DNA of 64,000 nt from Spirochaetia bacterium (GTDB taxonomy: Bacteria > Spirochaetota > Spirochaetia > WTKD01 > G963693115): NCBI GenBank assembly GCA_965226055.1, contig CBDDCA010000006.1, positions 893,440-957,439 of the forward strand. Reading direction: 5' to 3'. Below the pieces are notes generated by a model. That model had not been told where the DNA came from. It searched no databases and saw only the letters and a list, made by a program, of their open reading frames with translations. This document shows positions 1 to 10,700 of this stretch, in pieces. A program made the translations under genes and the position numbers. Position 1 is the first letter of the stretch; every line of letters begins with the position of its first letter.

Positions 1-702
1 TTGTACCACCATAGCTATCACCCGAGACCATGCTGCTTCAAGTCCTTTGTCAATAAATGTTTGTTTTGTAATAGCAAATGTTTGTTCTGCTGCTTCTGGA
101 CTAGTGGGGACTATGCTGTTTTCGTTTTCTGTATTTCCTCCTGGAATAGGCACTTCTGTGCCAATAATGTATACAGGAGCTTCTCCTTTGTTCGTAAGTG
201 TATGCCATGTTTCTTCTGCTACTTTGCACAGTGTTGCTGCTCGTTGTGCTACAAGTGTGTCTCCAATTCCTTTGCCTTCTTGTATAGTATCATCGGCACA
301 TGCCATAGATGTGTCTAGGTGTATTTTTCTGTATCCTGCTTGTATGTATTCTTTTATCAATTCACAAGATTTTTCCATAGCAATGGTACTTGTTTCATGT
401 TGCCATGCGTTTGGTCCGAGATGATCGCCTCCTAGTAGTATCTTTTCTTTAGGGTACTTGACGGTATCTGCAATGGTATATACATGTTGTACATAATCAG
501 TTGGTGTCATTCCTGTGTATCCACCAAATTGGTTTACTTGGTTTGATGTTGATTCTATTACTACAGGGTACGGTTTGTCTTTTGCCGCTGACAATACTGC
601 TTGCAGCACTTCTCTGTTGCTACAGCATACAGAAAAAATGCCTGTGCCTTTTCCTTGTAAATTATCTTGTAATATATTTTGTATCTGTTGTACTGGTTTC
701 AT
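1..702 (-). CDS. gatZ: GatZ/KbaZ family tagatose-bisphosphate aldolase subunit / tagatose-6-phosphate 4-epimerase (3' end outside window)
   Basis: Not in ORF track. Manual minus-strand translation from ATG at 702 gives IESTSNQVNQFGGYTGMTP, ILGGDHLGPNAW, GYRKIHLDTSM and YIIGTEVPIPGG, all GatZ/KbaZ motifs; open to position 1. Confidence 0.9.
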   Translation of the reverse strand, partial: MKPVQQIQNILQDNLQGKGTGIFSVCCSNREVLQAVLSAAKDKPYPVVIESTSNQVNQFGGYTGMTPTDYVQHVYTIADTVKYPKEKILLGGDHLGPNAWQHETSTIAMEKSCELIKEYIQAGYRKIHLDTSMACADDTIQEGKGIGDTLVAQRAATLCKVAEETWHTLTNKGEAPVYIIGTEVPIPGGNTENENSIVPTSPEAAEQTFAITKQTFIDKGLEAAWSRVIAMVVQ

Positions 703-793
703 AGGTAATCCTTATTATTCCTTATATATTATTACAAACATAATAGTTACTATAAGATGAGAGTGTATGTATATGCTATAAGTGTACTGCTAT

Positions 794-1222
794 TTATTGG
801 GTATTGGATACTCTTTGATACCAATCTCTAATGGCTGTTGCTGCTGGTTCATCTCCATTGTCACATATGGCTAATGTTCCTCGAATTATTGTAGCAGAAA
901 AACTTTCCATAGGAATATTAAAATCATAGCGATCTTGCATGTCCAATACTTTCACTGCTCTTCGCTCTTCAAACCAGTCCAATCTATTTTCATCATGGGT
1001 ATCTTCTTTACATTCATAGCCTCCTACTACTTCAACGAGTGCTATAGGTTCTGATCCCCTTCTTATTGCAACTATATCACCTTTTTTCATTGTTCTTCGA
1101 AAATCTCGTACAATTTGTTCACTCTGATGTGAAAAACCAATGACTGAATGTGTTTTTAATAACTCTCTTTCTCTTTCCCAGTATGGTTCATCAGGGTGTA
1201 ATTGCATATGCCAAAAATTCAT
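794..1222 (-). CDS. Hypothetical protein resembling the PUA/EVE-like N-terminal domain of McrB-type proteins
   Basis: 142-aa ORF with GGAGG RBS; MNFWHMQLHP, MKKGDIVAIRRGSEPIALVEV and WFEERRAVKVL pattern. Confidence 0.55.
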   Translation of the reverse strand: MNFWHMQLHPDEPYWERERELLKTHSVIGFSHQSEQIVRDFRRTMKKGDIVAIRRGSEPIALVEVVGGYECKEDTHDENRLDWFEERRAVKVLDMQDRYDFNIPMESFSATIIRGTLAICDNGDEPAATAIRDWYQRVSNTQ

Positions 1223-1366
1223 AATTCCTCCTAATTACTGTAATGTTCTTATATACAGTATACAATTATTTTGTAATTTGTAGAAACACTAAAATACTAT
1301 TTTTTGTATAATAAGAGATTATGTATATGTATAAAGAGGCAATATAATGAAAGTAAGGAGTTTTAT

Positions 1367-4300
1367 ATGATGTCAAAAGTACGAAATAAGAATATGAAAA
1401 ATTTTCTTGTTTTAGCATGTGTAATATATATTATCTTTTTGATAGGATGTGAAGACAGTACTAGTAGTACTGGTGGCAGTGGTACTACTCCTGTAGCTCC
1501 GTCTGTAGTTACATTATCAAATGTGCAGATACGCCCTAGTAGTAATGATGGGACATTGGAGCTCAAGTGGGACGCTTCTGCTGAAGCTACACAAGTGTTA
1601 GTGGTAGCAACTGCATCAGGACAACCGTCAATACAAGTACGTGTTCCCTCAGTAGAATATCAATCATTATTTCAACGGGGACAGTCATTTATGCTCAAAG
1701 GACTGCGATCGGTTACTCAGTATACTATAACACTTGAAGCTCAAAAGTCAGGATCAGAATCATCAAAAGTGGTACAGCAAGTGGTAACGCAAAGAGATAC
1801 CACTAAGCCTCAGGATGAACTGATGCAGGTAGCTATAAAAAAAATAGACGATGGTATACAGCTAACATGGGATGCTGAACAATTAAAAGCAGGGCTGACC
1901 GATATAGCGCAAGCAACAATAAGAATAAAAGAAAGCAGTACTGATAAAATGATAAAGGAAGTAGTGATATCAGATGTAAGTCAAGGAACATCAGATATAT
2001 CAGTACTAACAGTGGAAGGCATGCACTATGATGTAGAGGTAATACATGAGGATATAAATGGAAATGTAAGCACGGCAAAAAAAGTATTATCAGATATAGA
2101 TATAGCAAATGTAGTGAAAACAGTAACAGCTCTTACAGAAAAAGATCTTGTTATGGAAGCAAAGGATAAAAACAAGAATATAGCAGATGAAAGTTTGCTT
2201 ATACAGTGGGGAAGTTTTGATTTTAGCAGTGGAAAGCAATTAAGCGTAAGAGTGAGTGAGGTGCTAACAAAGGCAGTAGTGCTTGATACAAAGGTGAGTA
2301 GCAGTAGTGATGCAACACTTACTACTGCAACAGCTAAGAGCAATGGGTATAGTACATTCTATGTAGCAAAGGATGGAATAGCACTGACAAAGTTGTATGG
2401 TACACAAGAGTATAGAGTACAAGTAGCAGTGTTTAAGAATGGAGTGTACTCTACTACAGTAGAAAAGTTGCAAAAAACAACAGACAAGATAACAGAGCCA
2501 GTTCTGAGGCTGAGTGCAACAGGAGGAGAAAATAACATAATAGTAGGCTGGGAAGCTCCGCAAGCAAAAGATTATGCAGGAGTGATTATCAGTGTAAAAG
2601 AAAAAGGCACTAGTAGAAATGTAGCTGGAACGCCTCTGCAAATAACAGATGTTACCGTGCGTACTGCAGAAGTAGCGGGATTAACAATAGATACTTTCTA
2701 TACAGTGTCAGTGCAATCAGTGGATAAAGCTGGCAATAAAAGTACCATAGAAGCAGTGCATGATATACGAACAAAGAGAGATAGAATAGCTCCTGATACA
2801 GTGAGTAATGTAGTAGTAACATATTCATTTACGCCTTCTAAGCCTACAGTAGTGACGGCATATATACGTTGGGATGCCCCTGATGTAAGTAAAGAAAATA
2901 ATAAAGATATAAAAGAGTATAACATAGTTATCCGACAGGAAAGGGCAAGAGATGTATATACAGGGACAATAGTATATCCTAAAGCAGAATTGAATGTTGA
3001 TCTTGAAGCATCTTATGATCATGAAATATATATTAGTGCAGAAGATTATGCAGGAAATGAAAGTGATATAAAAAGAATAGCAATATTAACACCATCGCTC
3101 AGAGCTCCACAGAAAGATATTGTTACAAGGATACAGTCTGTTGTTACTGCTGCGGGGCAGATACAAATACAAGCGAGCTTTAAGGAGGCTCCCGGAACAG
3201 GAAAGTATTATACGCTACATATGTATGATGGAACGACATTAGTGTCAAAAAAAAGCATAACAAAGACAGATACAAGTATCACTTTTGGTATAGCAGATGG
3301 TTTAGAAATACCCAAAACGAAAGTAACAGAAAAAAAATATGGGTTTACCCTTACTGCTATAACTCAAGGCATAATAAGTTCAGCAACCGATCTTACTCCA
3401 ACTGAGTCAGATAAAATAGCGGTATATGATGCAGTTTCTACTGCACCTCCTGCTCCACAGAATGCAGCACTACATGTGCTATCGACAACACAAGCTACAG
3501 GGGTAGCACAGTATGAGTTTAGTGTTGGAACATTTAGTAATAAGAATAAAGCTCCTAATGGAAAGCAACTTACACAAGCGCAAGCTCAATATAGAGTATA
3601 TATAGTAGAAGGGGATCATAGTACTAAAACGCTGGAAGATATAAAAACCCTTGCAGGAGTGAGTATACAAACGGTAGCAGGCAAGAATAGTGTTACAAAG
3701 CATACTGTAGATTTTATAGGCAAAAAGGGAGCTGCTTATACAGTAGCAGTGGAGGCAATAAATAGTCTTAGTCCATACTATACGGTAGCAGGAGTAAAAA
3801 ACACTATCAAAACAGTAGTGATACAAGCGTCTCCTACAACACCAAAAGCAACGACCTATAGCACAAATGATGCAGTAGTATTTTCTGTGCCTGATAGCGG
3901 AGGCAATGCAGGGAAGAAAGTTATCACTGTACAGGTGAATGCTTCAGATGTAACAGGGGTAAGCAAAGCAGATAAGACAGCTCTCGCAGAGACTGATCTT
4001 GCCTACTATGTAGTATATGTAAAAAAACAAGATACAAGTAAAAAGCCCGAAAATGTGTCTGTGCTATGGGGACTCAAAAAAAGTAGTTTGAAAGTAGTAA
4101 AATATGCAAAAGCAACGGGAACAAAGAATGCTACCATAAGCATAGAAATAGTGGACAGTACCAGTAATAGAGGTACAGGATTGACGCCTATAGAAACAGC
4201 AAAAAACTACTATATAGGAGTAAGAGTAGTCAATACGACATCTCCTGAGTATGATGCTTCTGATAGCACAAAGATATTTCCTCCTGGCTACTATAGGGAT

Positions 4301-6820
4301 ATAGCCGAAATAAAGGAAGTCTATAGTTCAATGGCAGAAGCTCCTCAGCAATCATTATTGACAGGAAAGTTGGCTGTTTCACCGTCAACAACTACTGGGG
4401 CAGTAAAGCTGGTACTCACCGAGTTAAACACTTTTACTGGAGCAAAAAACTATGATGGCAAAGCTATAGCAAATAATACCCAGCTTGTATACACAGTGTA
4501 CGGATTACAGAAAGACACGACTCCGACAGTAGCAGAAGTGCTTGCGGGCAGGAGAGTAGCATTAGGCACGGCAAGTGCAAGCGGGGTGTACACTGTTGCT
4601 TCCCTTGTTAGTTTAGGTCTGTCTTCGGACTCAGTGAGCCCCATAGCTATGAAAGGAGATACGCAATATCATTTTGTAGTAGAAGTAGCAATAAAAGCAG
4701 ATCTAAGCAAAAAAGCATATGCTTTGGCAGTAGCAAGTGTTACTACTGCTTCAAAGGCCAGTGCTCCTTCAGAAGTGAGCGGTATTACAGTAAAGGTAGC
4801 AGAGAAAGGCATGGCAGTATCATGGAAAGCTCCTGTATTGGACAATAATAATGTAGCGAGCACAGGCGATCCTCTCACTGTAGCAGAAGTTTCGTATAAG
4901 GTGTATAGTGTTGCCAAGAATGGCAGTACACAGAGGACGGTAGCACAAATAAAAGCAAGTGCTACAAGTACCAAAACAGTAGTGGCAGGAACAACACATA
5001 CTGTTCTTACAGGGACTGTTGGTACATATTACGAAATAGTAGTACAGGCAATAAACAGTACTGATGATACAAAAGTATCGGCTGGGCTACGATCAGAGTT
5101 TCAAGCACAAGCGAAAAATCCTTATGCAGCCCCCAGTTCCCCTACGATACAAGCAAGAGAAACGATGGAAAACGGAAATACTATCAATGTAAGTATTGTT
5201 GCACCAAATGTGAAAGGAACAACAGCTGATGGGTTTACTGAATTGAAAGATGACCAGATAGGGTATACGATATATTATTATGCGTCATCGCAAATAGGAG
5301 TAGATGCGGCAACAGTAAAAGCTCAAGCGAAAGGAGCAAGCGATATAAAAATAGGAGCAGTAAAAGATGATGTGCCACTGGGAGCAAAACACTATATAAT
5401 AAAAGGGCTGGATTTTAGTACACAGTATTATATTACTGTAGAAGCAGTAAACAGTCTTAACAAGACAAAAGTGTCTCCATTATCAGCAGTGAGCAGAGTA
5501 GTAACTGCATCGTTTAGTATGAATATTTCTACCAGTAATATTACTGCTACGGTAGGAACAGCTATAAATGATATTCCTTTTACAGTACTTCCTGCTGATG
5601 CTACTTATAGCTGTTCTGGTACATTGATAAATAACTTGCAGAGAGAAACAGGGCTACAAGTGTCACTCAAGAATAAATTGGTGAACGCTATTACTGGAAT
5701 GCCTAATAAATCAAATGTACATGATCCAACAATTACAAATTATAGTTATGAGTTACACTGTAGAGGAACTGGGAGTGAACATACAGGAAGAGTATCACTC
5801 ACTATTGTTGTTGAAACAGACTTACAACGAATACAAGGAGAATCAGCTAAGTATTATCGACCAACAACAAAAGCATCGTTACGAGATATTATTTATAGAG
5901 AAGCGTATGTTATTCAGGAGAAAGCTGATCCAGATCTCAATATGATAGATACAAGTGCTATTACTACTATGGAGGGACTTTTTGAGTTTCAAAGCCAATT
6001 TAATGGACATATGTCACATTGGAACACAAGCAATGTTATGAACATGAACAATATGTTTAGTCATGCAATTGTATTTAATCAAGACATAGGGAATTGGGAT
6101 GTAGGAAAGGTTACTTCTATGACAGGAATGTTTATAAATGCTAAGGCATTTAATCAAGACATAGGAGATTGGAATGTGGAGAATGTTGCTAGTATGAGTA
6201 GTATGTTTACCAGAGCGAGTGCATTTAATCAAGACATAGGAAATTGGGATGTGGAGAATGTTGCTAACATGGATAATATGTTTGAAGAAGCGAGTGCATT
6301 TAATCAAGACATAGGGGATTGGGATGTGAAGAATGTTGAATCTATGGCAGGCATGTTTTACAAAGCAAGTGTGTTTAATAATGCATCAAATACCAACGAT
6401 ATAGGGAGCTGGAATGTAGAGAAAGTTACTAGTATGAGTTCTATGTTTGAAGAAGCAAGTGCATTTAATCGGGATATAGGAAGCTGGAAAGTGAAGAAGG
6501 TTACTGATATGCGTAGTATGTTTGCTAAAGCGACTGCGTTTAATCAAGACATAGGGAGCTGGAAAGTAAATGAGGTTATATTTATGTCTTCTATGTTTAG
6601 TGGTGCGAGTGTGTTTAATCAAGATATAGGAAGCTGGAATGTAGAGAAAGTTGAAAACATGGAGAGCATGTTTGAAGATGCAAGAGTATTTGATCAAGAT
6701 CTATCAAGTTGGAAAGCATGTAGTGTTTTTAATAAAAATAACCAGTTTAAGAATTCAGGTATGGATGGTGACACAGCAAAGTACCCAAAATTTTCTGCTT
6801 CATCAGAATGCACATCCTAG
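1367..6820 (+). CDS. Large surface lipoprotein: FN3-like stalk plus C-terminal BspA/DUF285 repeats
   Basis: AAGGAG RBS before ATG 1367; lipobox FLIG-C; Ser/Thr/Gly linker; FN3-like W...Y repeats; about 9 full 25-aa FNQDIGxWdVxxVxxMxxMFxxAxx repeats at the C-terminus. Confidence 0.88.
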   Translation: MMSKVRNKNMKNFLVLACVIYIIFLIGCEDSTSSTGGSGTTPVAPSVVTLSNVQIRPSSNDGTLELKWDASAEATQVLVVATASGQPSIQVRVPSVEYQSLFQRGQSFMLKGLRSVTQYTITLEAQKSGSESSKVVQQVVTQRDTTKPQDELMQVAIKKIDDGIQLTWDAEQLKAGLTDIAQATIRIKESSTDKMIKEVVISDVSQGTSDISVLTVEGMHYDVEVIHEDINGNVSTAKKVLSDIDIANVVKTVTALTEKDLVMEAKDKNKNIADESLLIQWGSFDFSSGKQLSVRVSEVLTKAVVLDTKVSSSSDATLTTATAKSNGYSTFYVAKDGIALTKLYGTQEYRVQVAVFKNGVYSTTVEKLQKTTDKITEPVLRLSATGGENNIIVGWEAPQAKDYAGVIISVKEKGTSRNVAGTPLQITDVTVRTAEVAGLTIDTFYTVSVQSVDKAGNKSTIEAVHDIRTKRDRIAPDTVSNVVVTYSFTPSKPTVVTAYIRWDAPDVSKENNKDIKEYNIVIRQERARDVYTGTIVYPKAELNVDLEASYDHEIYISAEDYAGNESDIKRIAILTPSLRAPQKDIVTRIQSVVTAAGQIQIQASFKEAPGTGKYYTLHMYDGTTLVSKKSITKTDTSITFGIADGLEIPKTKVTEKKYGFTLTAITQGIISSATDLTPTESDKIAVYDAVSTAPPAPQNAALHVLSTTQATGVAQYEFSVGTFSNKNKAPNGKQLTQAQAQYRVYIVEGDHSTKTLEDIKTLAGVSIQTVAGKNSVTKHTVDFIGKKGAAYTVAVEAINSLSPYYTVAGVKNTIKTVVIQASPTTPKATTYSTNDAVVFSVPDSGGNAGKKVITVQVNASDVTGVSKADKTALAETDLAYYVVYVKKQDTSKKPENVSVLWGLKKSSLKVVKYAKATGTKNATISIEIVDSTSNRGTGLTPIETAKNYYIGVRVVNTTSPEYDASDSTKIFPPGYYRDIAEIKEVYSSMAEAPQQSLLTGKLAVSPSTTTGAVKLVLTELNTFTGAKNYDGKAIANNTQLVYTVYGLQKDTTPTVAEVLAGRRVALGTASASGVYTVASLVSLGLSSDSVSPIAMKGDTQYHFVVEVAIKADLSKKAYALAVASVTTASKASAPSEVSGITVKVAEKGMAVSWKAPVLDNNNVASTGDPLTVAEVSYKVYSVAKNGSTQRTVAQIKASATSTKTVVAGTTHTVLTGTVGTYYEIVVQAINSTDDTKVSAGLRSEFQAQAKNPYAAPSSPTIQARETMENGNTINVSIVAPNVKGTTADGFTELKDDQIGYTIYYYASSQIGVDAATVKAQAKGASDIKIGAVKDDVPLGAKHYIIKGLDFSTQYYITVEAVNSLNKTKVSPLSAVSRVVTASFSMNISTSNITATVGTAINDIPFTVLPADATYSCSGTLINNLQRETGLQVSLKNKLVNAITGMPNKSNVHDPTITNYSYELHCRGTGSEHTGRVSLTIVVETDLQRIQGESAKYYRPTTKASLRDIIYREAYVIQEKADPDLNMIDTSAITTMEGLFEFQSQFNGHMSHWNTSNVMNMNNMFSHAIVFNQDIGNWDVGKVTSMTGMFINAKAFNQDIGDWNVENVASMSSMFTRASAFNQDIGNWDVENVANMDNMFEEASAFNQDIGDWDVKNVESMAGMFYKASVFNNASNTNDIGSWNVEKVTSMSSMFEEASAFNRDIGSWKVKKVTDMRSMFAKATAFNQDIGSWKVNEVIFMSSMFSGASVFNQDIGSWNVEKVENMESMFEDARVFDQDLSSWKACSVFNKNNQFKNSGMDGDTAKYPKFSASSECTS
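5999..6712 (+). repeat. Tandem ~75-bp BspA/DUF285 coding repeats
   Basis: Recurring TTTAATCAAGACATAGG...TGG(G/A)ATGT at about 75-bp spacing. Confidence 0.9.
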
Positions 6821-6951
6821 CCTGCACATATTGCAGAGTGATATAAGCGAATGATACAGGCATAGTAAAGCAGGTTTTTTGTTTTCTTTATTATGCCTCA
6901 TTATCTATAACAGTATAGATATTTCTTCAGCTAAGTAAGGGGAATATATGC

Positions 6952-7329
6952 TTACACTCTTTTAAGCCAGTTGGATATGATATATCCTTTCTCTACAGCT
7001 ATGACTGAAAAATTGATAATATGGAGTTCGTTTGATCGTTGAGCAATATCTTCAATAAACTTCTTGACATTTTTAATATTAGTTACTAAAAATATAGCAG
7101 GTGAAAATAAAATAAAGCTACTAGCATGTTTTATGAAAATTTCACGTAAAGTAGAGCTGAGTTCTCTATCAGGATTATCTAACTCATATTCAAAAAAATA
7201 ATATTTATCTTTTTGGTAATTGCTATCAATATTATTCACTACTGGGGCCCTAATTGGAGTAGGCTCTCCTTGTTGAACAAGATTACTCAGTAGCTTACCT
7301 GATCCATCAAAATGTTTTTTGTTTCTCAT
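6952..7329 (-). CDS. Hypothetical protein (possible Cas2/VapD-like ferredoxin-fold small protein)
   Basis: 125-aa AT-rich ORF between two lipoprotein genes; YYFFEYELDNP...FLVT...NWLK pattern; family assignment weak. Confidence 0.45.
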   Translation of the reverse strand: MRNKKHFDGSGKLLSNLVQQGEPTPIRAPVVNNIDSNYQKDKYYFFEYELDNPDRELSSTLREIFIKHASSFILFSPAIFLVTNIKNVKKFIEDIAQRSNELHIINFSVIAVEKGYIISNWLKRV

Positions 7330-7588
7330 ATACCATATCTCTCGTATCTTTTACTATATATAATAAGTATACATTGAAAGGAGCATATACGCAAATACTG
7401 TGGTTAGATCCCCATGAGTTCAAGGAGTAAACGTGACAAAAAACAAAAAAGAATGCACTCTATTCTATTTACAATTTACGATAATATGCTATTATGGATA
7501 TAGAGTATCTTATATGAATATGATGATACGATATACATATTATACCTATATGGTCAAACGCAAAGAGTTACAAGCCGTGAAAAAAATC

Positions 7589-7602
7589 GGGGGGGGGGGG
7601 GG
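7589..7602 (+). repeat. G14 homopolymer tract upstream of the 2520-aa lipoprotein gene
   Basis: AAAAAAAATC-G14-TAGCC in an AT-rich intergenic region, 140 bp upstream of ATG 7742. Confidence 0.9.
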
Positions 7603-7741
7603 TAGCCTTTATTTCTCTCCTAATCACCCAAAGTAAGTTCATACTATTATTTATTATCAAAAATTTTCTTTGTAAGAATCCGCAAATATGGATGTGTATA
7701 AGCACATTTACGATATATTATAAGTACATAAGGAGGAGCAT

Positions 7742-10700
7742 ATGAAAAAATATGTATTGTTCTCTATAATGATACTGTCTATATATATGACAGTAGTAGT
7801 ATTGATTAGTTGTGAAGAGCCTAGTAGCGGTTCATCTGGTAGTTCATCAGGGGGAAATACTGCTCCTGACGGATATGTACAGCCTGAAACAAAGGCACAG
7901 TTACTTACGCTTATCTCTGAGCAGGTAGGAAAAGATAGTAGAGCAAACTTAAATAGCATTGATACAAGTAAGATTAGCGATATGAGTAGTTTGTTTGTCA
8001 AATATCCTACATTTAATGGCAATATATCAAAGTGGAATGTGAGTAATGTTGTGAATATGAGCAGTATGTTTGAAGGAGTAACAAGCTTTAATGGGGATAT
8101 ATCGGATTGGAAAGTGAGTAAAGTTACAGATATGAGCAGTATGTTCAAGCAAGCAACCGCCTTTAATGGCAATGTGTCCCAATGGGATGTGAGTGCTGTT
8201 GTAAATATGAGTAGCACATTTCAGGGAGCAGTGTTGTTTAATGCAGATATATCGAAATGGGATATGAGTAGCGTAGCAAAGATGGATAGTATGTTTGAAG
8301 GGGCAAGAACTTTTAATCAAGATACGAAGTTATGGAATGTAGCACCATTAGTAAGTACCAGCAGTAAGAATGTGTTTAAGGATTCTGGGGTATCAAAAGA
8401 ACCTCGTTGGTTGACATTAGAAGTAGCATTAAAGCCAAAAGAAATGTTGTTTGCAGTAGTAGGACAAGCACTTGATTTTTCTATTTCCCGTTACCCTGTA
8501 ACAGCGACAGGGACTTTTGCGCTGACACCAGTCAATACAGGAGATAAGTTGCCTGCAGGTATGGTGTTTGATAGAGCGACAGGAACAATAACAGCAAGTG
8601 CAGGAGCAATTAGTGCTGCATCAAAGGATGCACCGATAGAATTTACAGTTACCTTTACTGGGACAGGAGCATTTGAGAAAGCTGAGAATAGCAATGTGAC
8701 AGGAACGCTCTCAGTACTCGTGCAGAATGTGCCAACGACCAAAGAAGAGTTAGTAGCAATTCTTAAGCAGATAGTGGATACCGATGGCAATGGGAGTATT
8801 GATAAAGCAACAGTGTCGTTAAATGATATTGATGTGAGTGGGATAACAGATATGAGTGGGTTATTTCATGATGAAGTGTTGAGTAAGTTTACGGGGGATA
8901 TATCGGGCTGGGATGTGAGTAATGTTGTGAATATGAACAGTATGTTTCGAAGTTCGCAGTTTAATGGAGATATATCAGACTGGGATGTGGGCAAGGTGGT
9001 GGATATGAGAAAGATGTTTTATGAAGCACAGTTTACGCAAGATGTAGAAGACTGGGCAGAACATATAGAAGGAAGAAAGGTGGACACGACAGAGGCATTC
9101 AGCAATGGGAAGGGAGGCTTGATATTTTCAGAGGAGAAGCTGCCTACATGGGCCTATATATTTGAATTGCGCTTGAATGGATCAAAGATAGATACTGTTA
9201 CGGTAGTGCAAGGAGAAAGAGTAAAGATACTGCTTGATACACAACTTCCTTCTAGTGTTACTGGGGAGTATGCAATACATCCAGATATAGCAATGGACAC
9301 AGGAGGGATAAAGTTTGACAAAGCGACAGGAACGATAAGTGGTATCCCTACGAAACAAGTGAGTAAAAAAAGCTATACCATTATGTTTATTGGCAATGGG
9401 CAGTATCAAGGGAAGAGTAAGGCGCTTGTGTTGAGGGTAGCAGTGAAGGAAAATCAGGGTAAATATACCCATTATCCTACAAGTAGAGCACAGCTGATAA
9501 CAGCAATAAAAGAAAAGATGGACATAGATGGTGATAGAGTACTTGATGACATAAAAGCAGATTTGAATACTATATTTACGAGTAATATAACGGATATGAG
9601 AGGAGTGTTTTATGAATCATCATTGAGAAGTTTTAATGGAGATATATCGAAGTGGGATGTGAGCAATGTGATGCGTATGGATGAGATGTTTCGGAAATCA
9701 AGTTTTACAGGGGATATATCGGGCTGGGATGTGAGTAAAGTTGTGAATATGAATAGCATGTTTGAAGGATCAAAGTTTAACGGGGATATATCGGGCTGGG
9801 ATGTGAGTAAAGTAGCGGATATGGGAGCTATGTTTAAGGACAATACAGTGTTTAATGGCAATATAGCAAGCTGGAAAGTAGGAAATGTGAACAATATGCA
9901 TTCTCTGTTTTACAATGCACAATCATTTAATCAAGATATACGTAGCTGGGATGTGAGTAATGTGGTGGATATGGAGAGGATGCTGTATAAAGCAATAGCT
10001 TTTGATAAGGATATATCGGGATGGGCAGTCGATAGAGTGACTGATATGCAACATATGTTTCAGGGAGCAAATAGTTTTAATCAGGATCTGGAAGCATGGA
10101 AAGAGCATATAGGAAGCAGAACAGTGGATACGACAGACATATTTAGGAATGCGGCAAATAATGGAAATATAGTATCTTCTGAAAAGTTACCTTCTTGGGT
10201 ATATGCGTTGCAGTATAGCTATAATGCGAAGGCAGTGACAGAAGTAGTAGTAGAGAAAGACAGTAGTAGTGTTGTATTTCGTATGGCAAGAGTACCGAAA
10301 GAAGCGACAGGAGGCTATACAATAGAGCCGAATACCTTACGATTAGATACAGGGCTGACACTTGATGCAGCGACAGGGGATATAAGCGGTGTTCCTACGA
10401 AAGCGTTGAGTAAGAAAGAATATACCATAACCTTTACTGGCACGAATGCGTATAGTGGGAAGAGAGCTAGTACATCGTTGAGTATCAGCATCAATGATTT
10501 GAGTGGCAAGAAGTATATCCCGCAAAGTAAAATAGAACTGATAGAAAACATAAAGACAGAGATAGGATTGAATGGGAACACAGCAGATTTGAATGGAATA
10601 TATACCGGGTATATAACGAACATGAGTGGAATATTTTATCATAATGTGCTGAGGGATTTTAATGGGGATATATCGGGCTGGGATGTCAGTGCTGTTGTGA

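Noticed and set aside
1-760. Plus-strand ORFs 1-318, 47-424, 501-704 and 515-760
   Set aside because: Antisense shadows of the minus-strand gatZ-like gene.
729-1335. Weak similarity flanking ORF 794-1222 (TATGTATATG at about 766 and 1320) as a target duplication
   Set aside because: Short, low-complexity and AT-rich; could easily arise by chance.
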